From NCBI GenBank assembly GCA_027451365.1, contig DAIDJN010000005.1:1-64000 (forward strand): 64,000 nucleotides of DNA, in the 5' to 3' direction. Below are positions 38,918 to 49,688 of this stretch, in pieces. Origin of the DNA: Phycisphaerales bacterium. Its GTDB lineage: Bacteria > Planctomycetota > Phycisphaerae > WQYP01. The first letter of the stretch is position 1. The number at the start of each line of letters is the position of its first letter. A program made the position numbers and the translations under genes. The notes below the pieces were generated by a model. That model worked only from the letters and a program-made list of their open reading frames with translations, ran no database searches and was not told the DNA's origin.

Positions 38918-39508
38918 ATGAATGGAATGAATCCCAAGGTGGATGGATATGTGAGAAAATCCAGCGCATGGCGGGATGAATTGGGAAAATTACGAACGAT
39001 CCTTATAGGTTGCCAATTGACCGAAGAAGTGAAGTGGCGCCATCCCTGTTATACATTTGGCACTAGGAATATTGTGATAACGGGACGATTTAAAGAATAC
39101 TGCGCTCTTACGTTTGTTAAAGGCGCGTTGTTAAAAGATCCCCATGGCATTCTTAAAAAGCCCGGAGAGAATACCCGGATTGCGCGCGTGATTCGGTTCA
39201 CCGGAATCCAGCAAATATTGAATCTGGAATCCATTTTAAGAGACTATATTTACGAAGCGATTGAAGTGGAAAAAGCTGGATTAAAACTGACTTTGATCAC
39301 GAATTCAGACCTGATATTTCCGGCGGAATTTAAAAAGAAATTGGAGGACCTTCCCGCGCTCAAAACCGCTTTCGAGGCATTGACACCCGGAAGACAAAGA
39401 GCCTACAACCTCTATTTTTCCGCAGCCAAGCAATCCAAAACCCGGCTGGCAAGGGTGGAAAAATGCATGGGACGGATTTTGCGCGGCAAGGGATTTAACG
39501 ATCTTTAA
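38918..39508 (+). CDS. YdeI family protein (DUF1801 plus OmdA domains)
   Basis: MNPKVDGY, LTEEVKWRHPCY, FEALTPGRQRAY, AKQSKTRLAR. GAGG RBS; TATAAT at 38882-38887. Confidence 0.9.
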   Translation: MNGMNPKVDGYVRKSSAWRDELGKLRTILIGCQLTEEVKWRHPCYTFGTRNIVITGRFKEYCALTFVKGALLKDPHGILKKPGENTRIARVIRFTGIQQILNLESILRDYIYEAIEVEKAGLKLTLITNSDLIFPAEFKKKLEDLPALKTAFEALTPGRQRAYNLYFSAAKQSKTRLARVEKCMGRILRGKGFNDL

Positions 39509-39742
39509 TTCCGCCAAATGTTTCGGGGAATGACATGCAATCGGATTGTCGTATCGGCATTTTATTATTCGCAAACCGCAGACCATCGGCCAAGCGGCAT
39601 TTTCGCTCCGGGCGGTGGAATCAGGATGCTTTTCGCACCGGCGAGATTAGATAAAGCCAAAGCGCCAAAGCTGGGGCGAATGTTCGTCGCCCGAGCCTTG
39701 GTTATTGGCTGTCTGCAAATCGACGAACCTTCGGGCCTAGCA

Positions 39743-40675
39743 TTACGGCAAAATGGCTGGAACGCCGGCCACTTCGCCAAAGGGCTTTTCCAGGCCATAT
39801 ACCAGCCGCGCGGCCCGCACGGTGTTGCGAAGCAACATGGCCACAGTCATGGGGCCGACACCGCCGGGAACCGGCGTTATCCAGCCGGCAATGGGGTGCA
39901 CGGAATCAAAATCCACATCGCCCACCGTGCGCCAGCCAGAGCGGCCTTGAGCGTCCACGGAGGCGACGCGGTTAATACCGACATCAATGACCACGGCTCC
40001 GTGGCGAATGTGCCGCTGGTCAATGAGTCCGGGTTTGCCCACAGCCACCACCACCACATCCGCACGGCGGGTATGGGCAATAAGATCGCGCGTGTGAATA
40101 TCGCAAAGCGTGACGGTCGCACCGCGTTCAGAAAGTAAAAGCGCCGTCGGTTTGCCGGTGATGCGGCTGGCCCCCACCATTGCCACTTCGCAACCGGCGA
40201 GCGGAATGCCAGTGGATTCAATTAACGTAACGACCGCCAGCGCGGTACAGGGGGCAATAATGGAATGGCCGTACACCACATGGCCAATGTTACCGGGATT
40301 AACCCCCTCCACATCCTTGAGCAGATCAATGGCATATTGTGACTGTTGGGAATTAATTTGAGGCGGCAACGGCATGTGGAGCATAATCCCGGTAACAGAC
40401 GTATCCCGTGCCAAGTCCCCAAGAAGGCCGTCAAGTTCCTGCTGCCGGACCGATTGGGGTAATTCGCGGAGGGTGTATTGAATGCCAAGTTCCCCACAGG
40501 TCCGGGCTTGATTTTCCGCGTACACGCGCGCCGCCGGCGACTGGCCGGCCAGCACGGCGACCAGCCGAATGGGCAGGCCTTCTTCACGAAGCTTGTGGAC
40601 TTCGCGGGCAACATCCATTTTGATGCGGGCTGCGATGGCTTTACCATCAATTAATGCGGCATTTTGCGCCACCAT
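39743..40675 (-). CDS. folD: Methylenetetrahydrofolate dehydrogenase/cyclohydrolase
   Basis: IDGKAIA, KDVEG, PCTA, VIDVGINR, GDVDF, ITPVPGGVGPMTVAML. AGGAG RBS before ATG 40675. Confidence 0.95.
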   Translation of the reverse strand: MVAQNAALIDGKAIAARIKMDVAREVHKLREEGLPIRLVAVLAGQSPAARVYAENQARTCGELGIQYTLRELPQSVRQQELDGLLGDLARDTSVTGIMLHMPLPPQINSQQSQYAIDLLKDVEGVNPGNIGHVVYGHSIIAPCTALAVVTLIESTGIPLAGCEVAMVGASRITGKPTALLLSERGATVTLCDIHTRDLIAHTRRADVVVVAVGKPGLIDQRHIRHGAVVIDVGINRVASVDAQGRSGWRTVGDVDFDSVHPIAGWITPVPGGVGPMTVAMLLRNTVRAARLVYGLEKPFGEVAGVPAILP

Positions 40676-40878
40676 TCTGGTTCTCCTGCTTACCACCCGC
40701 GGCATGCGGAAGGCGAGCAAGGAAGTATAACAACAGGCTGCCTGAGGTTCACACCGCCGAAAAATTTGCCGGTGATGGCCTTGTCATAAGCCGCTGCAAC
40801 CGGTAAAGTCCCGCATTCCGGTAGTTTTGATATATTCTGTAAATTTCGATTGTCATTTTTTTAATGGAATATTGACAC

Positions 40879-43488
40879 ATGCAAAGATTCCGGCAAACCT
40901 TAAGAAATAAAATCGGCGTCGCACAGTTTTTTTTATGCGGCGGACTGGCTATCACCGCGATGATTCTGGCCCTGGCGGTTCCGGGTTGCACGACTTCGTG
41001 CCGCTCTCCGGTCGGAGAAAGGCTGGATTCGTCCAACGAAGTCACCTTCACCAAATTGACCGCAGCGGAAATAGACGCCCGCGCCAACGCGCTGCTGGCT
41101 CGCATGACACTGGCCGAAAAAGTGGAACTGATGGCGTTTAAAGGTTCGCTGGATACACCGGGCATCAAGCGGCTTGGCATTCCTGAACTTGTTATGAGCG
41201 ACGCATCCGTCGGTGTGCGGCGGTTCTATCCGTCGGTGGCGTATCCAGCATCCATTTGCCTGGCGGCCACCTGGAATCCGGGGCTTGCCAGGCAAACCGG
41301 CGTGCAGTTAGGCCGTGACTGCCGTGCTCGAGGAATTTCCGTTCTGTTTGGCCCCGGTGTGAACATCATGCGGGAAAGCCAGGGCGGCCGCAATTTTGAA
41401 TTTATGGGTGAGGACCCGTTTCTGACCAGTCGGCTGTCAGATCAATGGATAGAAGGCCTGCAGTCCCAGCGTGTGGCGGCGTGCGTGAAGCATTTTGTGG
41501 GAAATGAACAGGAAACCAACCGTTTTGTCATTAATTCCGTTGTCAGCCGCCGCGCGCTGGAGGAAATTTATCTGCCGCCATTCCGCGATGCGATTGTCAG
41601 GGCGCACTGCTGGACGATAATGGCGGCTTACAACCAGTTGAATGGCACGTATTGTTCAGGCAATCATTTCCTGCTGACGGATCTGTTACGGAATCGCTGG
41701 GGGTTTAAGGGCGTGGCGATGTCGGACTGGGATGCGACCCACAGCACACTTGGGTCGCTGAAAGCCGGGCTGGACCTTGAAATGCACTCACCTAAATATT
41801 ACAATATGACTACGATTCCGCCTCTGCTTGAATCCGGCCAGTTATCGATAAGCAATATCAACACCCACGTGCGGCGCATGTTGCGCATGATGATTGCGAT
41901 GGGCTTCATAGGCCACCCGCAAAAAAAATCCTGTATTCCGCTGGATAATCCGGCAGGAGAGGCCGCCGCCATGAAAACGGAAGCACAGGGTGCGGTGCTG
42001 CTGAAAAATGCGGGGCATTTTCTGCCGCTGACGGCCAAATCAATCAAATCCATTGTGGTTCTCGGTCCCATGGCGTCACCGGCGGTCACCGGAGGCGGTG
42101 GCAGTTCCTATGTCCGTCCGATCGGCCGGCCCGTGAGCATGCTGGCGGCCATCCGTAAGGCCGCTGGACCGGATGTGACGGTACATTATATTCCTTACCC
42201 CGGAAAATCAGCGGCATTCCAAAGGCAGCCGAAATGGCAAACCAATTCCGGCAAACCAGGATTGATGCTGCGAATTTACAATCAGTACATTACCAACAAC
42301 AACCTGACCATTACCACCAAACCGATCAGCCAGCGGATTGTCAGGCGGCTGGGCACACCGCTGGAATTGTCGGCCAACGTACCGCTGCCGGCCAACTTTT
42401 CCGCCGTCTGGACCGGAGAGTTCATTCCCGCCCATACCGGCGAATACATGATGAAAATGCTCTGCAACGGCGGCGTGGATATTTATATCAATGACACATT
42501 GATTGTGGAACAATGGCGGCCGGCCCCGCTGATTCCGTATCTCAATGCGTTTCATTTTATTAGTGGCCATGTGTACCACATAAAGTTCCTGATGCATCCG
42601 ACCGGCGCGCCATCCACCTATGTGACTTTCGGCTTGCACCGGCTGACTGGTCCGTTGCTGGCCAAACGCTATGACGCACAAATACGCGCCGCCGACGCGG
42701 TGGTTGCCTGCGTCGGCTACGGCCCGCGCATTGAACGGGAAAATCTGGACAGAACGTACCAACTGTCCGCGGATCAGGATGAATACCTGCGAGAGGTTTC
42801 ACGGCTGAATCATCGCACCTTGGTCGTGGTGAATGCCGGCGCCGGCATTGCCATGCACAAATGGATTCATCAGGTAGATGGCCTGTTGTATGCCTGGTAT
42901 CCCGGCCAGAACGGCAACACTGCGATAGCCGATATTATTTTTGGCGGCATTAATCCCTCCGGACATCTGCCCGACACTTTCAGCCGACGCCTTCGTGACG
43001 AACCGGCGTATGGCCATTTTCCGGGTCACCACGATACGGTTCATTTTAAGGAAGGGATTTTCGTCGGCTACCGATGGTATGACAAAAAGAAAATTACCCC
43101 GCGTTATCCCTTTGGTTTCGGGTTATCCTACACAACCTTCGCCATGAATCATCTGGCATTGGCGGCCACTGGCGGCGGACGGCAACGCGTGATTGCCGCG
43201 GCCATTGCGGTCACAAACACGGGCAAGCGTGCCGGCGCGGATGTGGTGCAGTTTTATGTGCGTCCACCCCATGGATCGGTGGTACGGTGCGTGCAAAATT
43301 TAAAAGGCTTTAAGCGTGTGAATTTGCAGCCCGGCCAGACGAAAATTGTAACTGTCGCTCTGCGTTGGCACGACTTCGCGTTTTACAATACCAAACTGGG
43401 CCGCTGGCAGGTGCCGCATGGAAGTTATGGAATTGCGGTGGGCGATTCGAGCCGCCACATTGTGGCCACCGGCGAGGTGAAATGGTGA
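40879..43488 (+). CDS. GH3 beta-glucosidase with PA14 insert and Fn3-like C-terminus, probable lipoprotein
   Basis: MTLAEKV, GGRNFEFMGEDP, VKHF, MAAYN, MSDW (nucleophile), VLLKN, AWYPGQ, NPSGHLP, YPFGFGLSY; lipobox AVPGC. Confidence 0.93.
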   Translation: MQRFRQTLRNKIGVAQFFLCGGLAITAMILALAVPGCTTSCRSPVGERLDSSNEVTFTKLTAAEIDARANALLARMTLAEKVELMAFKGSLDTPGIKRLGIPELVMSDASVGVRRFYPSVAYPASICLAATWNPGLARQTGVQLGRDCRARGISVLFGPGVNIMRESQGGRNFEFMGEDPFLTSRLSDQWIEGLQSQRVAACVKHFVGNEQETNRFVINSVVSRRALEEIYLPPFRDAIVRAHCWTIMAAYNQLNGTYCSGNHFLLTDLLRNRWGFKGVAMSDWDATHSTLGSLKAGLDLEMHSPKYYNMTTIPPLLESGQLSISNINTHVRRMLRMMIAMGFIGHPQKKSCIPLDNPAGEAAAMKTEAQGAVLLKNAGHFLPLTAKSIKSIVVLGPMASPAVTGGGGSSYVRPIGRPVSMLAAIRKAAGPDVTVHYIPYPGKSAAFQRQPKWQTNSGKPGLMLRIYNQYITNNNLTITTKPISQRIVRRLGTPLELSANVPLPANFSAVWTGEFIPAHTGEYMMKMLCNGGVDIYINDTLIVEQWRPAPLIPYLNAFHFISGHVYHIKFLMHPTGAPSTYVTFGLHRLTGPLLAKRYDAQIRAADAVVACVGYGPRIERENLDRTYQLSADQDEYLREVSRLNHRTLVVVNAGAGIAMHKWIHQVDGLLYAWYPGQNGNTAIADIIFGGINPSGHLPDTFSRRLRDEPAYGHFPGHHDTVHFKEGIFVGYRWYDKKKITPRYPFGFGLSYTTFAMNHLALAATGGGRQRVIAAAIAVTNTGKRAGADVVQFYVRPPHGSVVRCVQNLKGFKRVNLQPGQTKIVTVALRWHDFAFYNTKLGRWQVPHGSYGIAVGDSSRHIVATGEVKW

Positions 43489-44113
43489 AGCCGTGGCCAA
43501 TTCACTTATAAAATGGATGTGACTTTGGCAGGCGAACCTCCAGGCAATCGAATCTGCGGAAAATCGATCACATTCGGGCGAATTGGAGATTTCAGGGCAA
43601 TCGCATGTAGAATTCCCCCCCCAATAACTCGCGCCCGCGCAAGGTATTTATAAAAGGCATTTCTTGTGAGCAGGCCCTTGCATCAGGAACTTTGTCATGA
43701 CGCAGGTTTTTCCTTATTTGTGGGGAAGTGAAAAGATGGCGTCATAACAGGCGTTTTGGGGTGCCTGTGCGCCAGTGGCCGCAGATGGATAATGACGTTG
43801 TCATTTCCGCCAGGTTATCCTGACTTCCCCCGTCGGGGAACCCAAAGCCATGAGTCTCCGGTGTAAACGCAAGCGTTGTGGCCGAAGCACGCACTACCTG
43901 TTCCAAACCCGGCCCGCCTGATTCCACATGCGATTGCCCTGTTGGATATTTCCAGTTCGCCTGAAATTTGTTGGCAATTTAACCGCAGATCAACTACAAC
44001 CAACAGTATCTAGAGGCCTTTTAGTTACAATGGCGAGTACGCCCAGTTATTGAGTACTGCCGTGGCAAAGTGTACGATGTACGCGCCCGGACCTGCAAAA
44101 AAGGGAGAAAACC

Positions 44114-47100
44114 GTGACATCAACAGCGATTTTGTCGTCAAAATTGATCCCCCGTCGGGGCAGGATGCTGGTATTTCTGGCGGCCGCCATGAGTCTGACC
44201 GTGGGCAGATCGACTTGCCTGCAAGCCGACACTGTGAACCTCGTACAGGTAACGGGACAGAATGGCACATTAACTTCCGACGCTCAGGATGCCCAAGCCA
44301 ATGCGACTTCCAGCGCACCGAGTAATACAGCTATTGCCAAAGCTGGAAGTGGCGGTATTTTTCCACAAAATACCGATGCGACTAATGGCGAGATAAATGG
44401 GGGTACAGCCAATGCAGTTGCCGAAGACTCAAATTTTCAGGCTATCAACAGCTCAGCTATTAATTCCATTGCACAAGCGGTTGGCGGAAACGGTGGGAGC
44501 GCCATGTATCTTTCCGGTAGCCAAATCGTTGGAGTGCCAGGTACGGGCGGAGTTGCTGAAGCCAGCGCACTTGCGAACAATGCGGTATTAAATGGAAATT
44601 CCACAGCCGATATTTTCGCCCACGGGGGAACGGGCGGCTATGTCACATATACGGATTCGTCCGGAACGATTCGTTCTGAAGGCAACAGCGGCGGTAACGC
44701 CTACATATCCGGCGGCTCTTACGCCGTTGGCAATGGAACCGCAAATTTGGAGGCCATTGCCAATGGGGGTAACGGTGGAACTGGCCAGAGCGGATTGAAT
44801 GCCGGAATGGGCGGTACCGCACAGCTTGGCACACTTTTTGGCCAATCTGACAAGGGAAACGTCAACGTTTCAGCTACAGCCACAGGGGGAAATGGAAGCA
44901 CCGGGAGCAGCGAAATTCTCAGCAATGCCGTGGCTGGCCAGACAAATGGCAACCTATCTCTATCCCAAACTGCGGTTGGTGGCTCATCGTATCGCTCCGG
45001 AGTCGCCGGAGGCAATGCACAAAGCAGTTTGAAAGTAAACGACAGTCCATTGGCATCTGGCTCACCTATTTTAACACCATCTAATTTAACACTCACCGTT
45101 GTAGCAACAGGTGGAAATGGCGGGCCACCAAGCCCCGGGGGGACTGTTGGGGGCGCAGGCGGCAGTGGTCAGGTCAGTGCGGTCGGCATCCTGCTTGGAC
45201 GAAGAAATGTCACGATCAACGCCACGGCCACGGGCGGCAATGGATTACTCGGTGGCGGTATAGCGCTGAGCACAAATGGCGCAGGAGCCGGTGGGATCGC
45301 TGAGCTTGGCATGCTTTTTGGCCGATCTGACATGGGAAATGTCAGTGTTTCCGGCACGGCCATTGGAGGCAATGGAAATAGCGGTGCCGCAGAGAATCTC
45401 TCCAATGCGGTCAATGGCCAGACGGCGGGAAACCTTTCCCTTTCCCAGACAGCTGTGGGTGGAAATTCACTGGATGCGGGTGCCAGCGGCGGCTATGCCA
45501 GCAGTTTGCTGAATGAGGATTATTCAACAGGTACTATAATCGTCGCCCCGTCCAGTCTTTCACTGACCGTTGCGGCTACAGGTGGCAATGGTGGCCCCGT
45601 CGGCAACGGGAATGCTGGAGTTGTCAGCGCCACTGGAATACTTACCGGTGCCGGGAATGTAACCATTAACGCCAATGCCACGGGTGGCAATGGCGGCGTC
45701 GACATTAATGCAGGCATATCAAATGGATATATGTTTGGCGCCGGTGGCGCGGGCACATTGGGCAGTATTCTTGGCCAGTCGGGAACCGGCAATGTATGCG
45801 TTTCCGGAATCGCCACTGGCGGCGGTGGAAATGGTGGTATTCAGGAGATTCTTTCTGATTCGGTCAATGGCCAGACGGCGGGAAACCTTTCCCTTTCCCA
45901 AACCGCCATTGGTGGTACGGCAGTGGCTGCTGGCACCAGCGGCGGATATGCCAGCAGTTCGCTGATGAAGGATTATTCACAGGGCAATACGATTTCGCCC
46001 GCCAATTTATCCCTGTCGGCCATCGCCACCGGAGGCAACGGTGGTGCGGGTTTTGCAAGCGGACTGGCAGCTATTCCAGGTGGCAATGGCGCCAATGGTC
46101 GGGCGAGTGCCGAGGGAATTCTGGCCGGCGGCGGAAATGTGAGCATTAACGCGATTGCCACCGGCGGTAATGGGGGAGCCGGTGTAAATCCGGTTATATC
46201 CAACCGCGGCATTGGAGACGCTACGTTACCGGGTCAGGCGGGCACTGGTTCACTTGGCAAAATTTTGGGTGAATCAGGTACAGGAAATGTCAGCGTCTCC
46301 GGCACTGAAATGGACGGAACGGGCGCAGTTGGCGCGAGTGTTGAATTAAATAATGCAGTCGAGGGTCTAACTACAGGAGGCCTTTCTCTTTCCCAGACAG
46401 CAGTGGGCGGAAATTCACTGGATGCCGGCGCCAGTGGAGGATATGCCAGCAGCAGATTGAATTCGGTTTATTTTGCCAGCCAGACCAATGCTCCATCGAA
46501 TATTTCACTGGCCGTGTCTGCTACCGGCGGCAATGGCGGTGCCAGATTTGCATATGGGGGAAGTGCCACAGTCGCCGGCGCGGGGGCCAATGGGAATGCC
46601 AGTGCCGAAGGAATTTTAGCAGGCAGTGGCAATGTCACGGTCAGCGCCACGGCAATTGGAGGTAACGGAGGCGCAGAAACCTTTGGGACCGCCTTGGGAA
46701 CTTACGGAGTTGGGGGAATTGGCCAATTTGGTACATCACAAACTTATGGCCAATCCGATACCGGAAATGTGACGGTATCGGTAACCGGCATTGGGGGCAA
46801 TGGACAACATGGTGCTGATGAAAATCTAAATAATGTTGCTGCAGGCCAGACTACGGGCAATCTTTCTCTTTCTCAAACGGCCATCGGTGGCAATGGTGAA
46901 GGCTCCGGCGGGAATGGTGGAATTGCCAACAGCGCGTTAAATGAAGGTTACAATAATTCCGGCGAAATTAATCCGTCTGGACTTACCCTGAATGTGGATG
47001 CCACCGGCGGAAATGGGTCAGCGGCATATTTTGACACCGCGTCACCAGCGGACAGCACGCTGGCTGGGGATGGCGGCAACAGCACCGCCGTGGCAACAGG

Positions 47101-49681
47101 TATTCTTGCCGGCAGCGGAAACGTAAACATTACGGCTGTTTCCACCGGGGGTAATGGTGGAGCAGGTTATTTTGTCCCGAGTTCCAGCCTAACAACGAAT
47201 TACAGCGCCGTCGCCGGTACGGGCGGTACGGGCGGACTTCACATTTCTGGCCAATCGGGAACAGGCAATGTCAGCGTATCTGGAACGGCAATTGCCGGGA
47301 ACGGCCTTACCGGAATTAACGAATCAATGCAGGATGAAGCGTCAGGAAGCACAATGGGGAACCTTTCCCTTTCCCAAACCGCCATCGGCGGGTCTGCATT
47401 AGGGGCAAAGAACAATGGGGGCATAGCATCCAGTATTTTAAATGAGAATTATACGGTCGCACCAATTATTCCGTTAAGCCTCAATTTGACACTGGCAGCT
47501 ATCGGCGGCAATGGCGGGCCGACGAATGGTCTGGCGGCTGGTGGAGCGGGCGGCGCCGGAACTATCAATTCAAATGCTGTCATGACCGGCAATAGAGCTG
47601 TCACCATTACGGCGACCGCAACCGGCGGCAATGGCGGGGCGGGTCTGACCAGTACCGGGACAGACTTTGGTGCAGGTGGCATGGGTCAACTGGAACAGAT
47701 TTATGGCCAATCGGACACGGGCAATGTGACGGTGTCCGCCACCGGAATAGGCGGCAATGGAGAGAATGGGTTCAATGAAGTTCTGGGCAACAACACAATC
47801 GGTCAAACTGCGGGAAATCTGGCCCTTTCCCAGTCGGCAATCGGTGGAAATGCTTTGGGAACTGCCGGCAGCGGCGGATATGCACGAAGCGATCTATTTC
47901 AAAATGATTCGATCGGAGGAATAGTGGCACCGTCAAACCTTTCACTGACCGTTGCGGCAACAGGTGGCAATGGCGGCCCGGCCGCTGGAACCACGGGTGG
48001 CGGCAATGGTGCCAATGGATCGGTGTCCGCCGTTGGGGAGCTTTCCGGGGGCGGAAATGTCACGATCAATGCGACGGCCACCGGTGGTAATGGCGGCACA
48101 GGAATAAGCGGAGCGGGTTATGGAAATGGCGGCACCGATGAATTTGGACAAATTAATGGCCAATCCGGCACGGGAAATGTCAGTGTTTCCGGCACGTTTA
48201 TTGGTGGGAACGGCCAAAATGGTGCGGCGGAACAATTCAGCAATGTCGTATCGGGCCAAACCGCAGGCGACCTGACACTTTCCCAGAGGGCTGTTGGCGG
48301 ATCCGCCCTGGGCATGACCGGCAATGGCGGCGACGCAAGCAGCCAACTAAGTCTGAAGACCAGCGCCGCAAATCTGGCGGTTTTCACCACTGCCACTGCC
48401 GGTGCCGCCGGGCAAGTCAACAATACCAATCAGCCGTCCGGACTGGCAGGCATTGCCAGCGCTTGGAGCGATGCGAGCAACCTTACGGGCTCTGTTACCG
48501 CCAACGCGGTGGCTTTCGGTGGTCAGGGTAGCAGCACTCTTACCATGATGGCTCCGTCAGCGGGCGGCGCGTCCCAGGCCACAGCAGATGCGGTTACACC
48601 AGGCGATTTTGCCGCCAGTGCCGTGGCCAAATCCACGGGCGGTCTTGCCGGAACCAACGCCCAGCTAAACAGTGGATACTTCACGTTGCCAGTCTTCGCC
48701 ACGGCAAATGCCACCTCGGGCGGCGGACCGGTGGTGGCCACCGCGCAGGCGTTGAATCCATCCGGTGGAAACAGTACAGCAACTTCCGATGGAACCTCCA
48801 GCGGCGGTTCGGTTTCCAGTAACGCGACTGCCACGGGCACCAATTTTGGGATGGCGTTGGCTGATGCTACCGGTTCCGGAAATTCCGGCTCCGCAGCAGC
48901 TGCCAGTCAATTGATGTTCGGCGCGACAAATTCAAATAACACTGTCAATTTTGTCGAATCTGTACAGACCGCGGCCACATCCGCTGTAATTACCGGCAAT
49001 ACTGTAAAGACCGAAGCATTTACCGACTTAGGCGGAGACCCACGATCCGAAAGCAATGCTTCCGGACTTCAGGCCGCCGCCTACGCCACGGTCAACCCCA
49101 TAAGCACGGCTGTACAGAGTATTCTTAATGCCAGCCCAGGTCTTTCCGCTAATTTTAATATTGGTCAGCAGGGTACACATCCAATAGCCAACGTCGGCGG
49201 AATTTTTACCTTGGCGTTGCATGCCGGCGGAGCTTCCGCCAGTCCCCAGACCTATTCAGCCAGCGCCACGGAATTACTAAATCGCGCCGCCTTGGGATCA
49301 TCGATTCAGGATATGCTGATTGGTGCCGGCGCGATTCAATTTGCCGGTACGGGCACGATTCAATTCACCATAACAGACAACGGCGTAACGGCTGTCAACC
49401 AGCAGTTTGATTCGCTTGCCGCGGCGGCGAATTATTTATCTGGCCGCACTTTTGACTTAGGATCGTTCAGTGGCCTTTCAAACAGTTCCGGAATGTCGTC
49501 ACTTGATGTTACTTTGCAAATGACCACCGCGGATTCCGCGGCCATGTTTGATCCGCAGGTTCTGACAGCCAACGGCACACTTGGAGCCGGGGCGGTCCCT
49601 GAGCCGGCCGAACTGGCGCTGCTGGCAGCAGGGATTGCGCCACTTCTACTGATTCGGCGGCGCAGATTCGGCCGCGAATAA
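44114..49681 (+). CDS. Giant Gly/Asn/Ser/Ala-rich repetitive PEP-CTERM surface protein, 1855 aa
   Basis: GGGAG RBS before GTG; signal-like N-terminus; long internal repeats; C-terminus VPEPAELALLAAGIAPLLLIRRRRFGRE. Confidence 0.9.
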   Translation: MTSTAILSSKLIPRRGRMLVFLAAAMSLTVGRSTCLQADTVNLVQVTGQNGTLTSDAQDAQANATSSAPSNTAIAKAGSGGIFPQNTDATNGEINGGTANAVAEDSNFQAINSSAINSIAQAVGGNGGSAMYLSGSQIVGVPGTGGVAEASALANNAVLNGNSTADIFAHGGTGGYVTYTDSSGTIRSEGNSGGNAYISGGSYAVGNGTANLEAIANGGNGGTGQSGLNAGMGGTAQLGTLFGQSDKGNVNVSATATGGNGSTGSSEILSNAVAGQTNGNLSLSQTAVGGSSYRSGVAGGNAQSSLKVNDSPLASGSPILTPSNLTLTVVATGGNGGPPSPGGTVGGAGGSGQVSAVGILLGRRNVTINATATGGNGLLGGGIALSTNGAGAGGIAELGMLFGRSDMGNVSVSGTAIGGNGNSGAAENLSNAVNGQTAGNLSLSQTAVGGNSLDAGASGGYASSLLNEDYSTGTIIVAPSSLSLTVAATGGNGGPVGNGNAGVVSATGILTGAGNVTINANATGGNGGVDINAGISNGYMFGAGGAGTLGSILGQSGTGNVCVSGIATGGGGNGGIQEILSDSVNGQTAGNLSLSQTAIGGTAVAAGTSGGYASSSLMKDYSQGNTISPANLSLSAIATGGNGGAGFASGLAAIPGGNGANGRASAEGILAGGGNVSINAIATGGNGGAGVNPVISNRGIGDATLPGQAGTGSLGKILGESGTGNVSVSGTEMDGTGAVGASVELNNAVEGLTTGGLSLSQTAVGGNSLDAGASGGYASSRLNSVYFASQTNAPSNISLAVSATGGNGGARFAYGGSATVAGAGANGNASAEGILAGSGNVTVSATAIGGNGGAETFGTALGTYGVGGIGQFGTSQTYGQSDTGNVTVSVTGIGGNGQHGADENLNNVAAGQTTGNLSLSQTAIGGNGEGSGGNGGIANSALNEGYNNSGEINPSGLTLNVDATGGNGSAAYFDTASPADSTLAGDGGNSTAVATGILAGSGNVNITAVSTGGNGGAGYFVPSSSLTTNYSAVAGTGGTGGLHISGQSGTGNVSVSGTAIAGNGLTGINESMQDEASGSTMGNLSLSQTAIGGSALGAKNNGGIASSILNENYTVAPIIPLSLNLTLAAIGGNGGPTNGLAAGGAGGAGTINSNAVMTGNRAVTITATATGGNGGAGLTSTGTDFGAGGMGQLEQIYGQSDTGNVTVSATGIGGNGENGFNEVLGNNTIGQTAGNLALSQSAIGGNALGTAGSGGYARSDLFQNDSIGGIVAPSNLSLTVAATGGNGGPAAGTTGGGNGANGSVSAVGELSGGGNVTINATATGGNGGTGISGAGYGNGGTDEFGQINGQSGTGNVSVSGTFIGGNGQNGAAEQFSNVVSGQTAGDLTLSQRAVGGSALGMTGNGGDASSQLSLKTSAANLAVFTTATAGAAGQVNNTNQPSGLAGIASAWSDASNLTGSVTANAVAFGGQGSSTLTMMAPSAGGASQATADAVTPGDFAASAVAKSTGGLAGTNAQLNSGYFTLPVFATANATSGGGPVVATAQALNPSGGNSTATSDGTSSGGSVSSNATATGTNFGMALADATGSGNSGSAAAASQLMFGATNSNNTVNFVESVQTAATSAVITGNTVKTEAFTDLGGDPRSESNASGLQAAAYATVNPISTAVQSILNASPGLSANFNIGQQGTHPIANVGGIFTLALHAGGASASPQTYSASATELLNRAALGSSIQDMLIGAGAIQFAGTGTIQFTITDNGVTAVNQQFDSLAAAANYLSGRTFDLGSFSGLSNSSGMSSLDVTLQMTTADSAAMFDPQVLTANGTLGAGAVPEPAELALLAAGIAPLLLIRRRRFGRE
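44800..48350 (+). repeat. Eight diverged ~450-500 bp coding repeats within the giant PEP-CTERM gene
   Basis: Anchor L(S/A/T)LSQ(T/S/R)A(V/I)GG occurs eight times, near 44950, 45430, 45885, 46380, 46860, 47360, 47820 and 48270, with GQS(G/D)xGNV and ATGGNGG motifs. Boundaries approximate. Confidence 0.85.
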
Positions 49682-49688
49682 TAGCTAT

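Noticed and set aside
40676..40878. ZTP or THF riboswitch upstream of folD
   Set aside because: Consensus elements such as GACTGGCG...CGCCTGGG were not found on the - strand.
43740..43930. Possible cobalamin riboswitch on - strand (AAGTCAGGATAACCTGGC) or small ORF
   Set aside because: No upstream B12-element core, no B12-related gene downstream and no recognisable protein motif.
44800..48350. CRISPR-like or DGR-type repeat array
   Set aside because: Repeats are long, in-frame and diverged within one ORF; no short identical repeats with spacers, cas genes or reverse transcriptase were seen.
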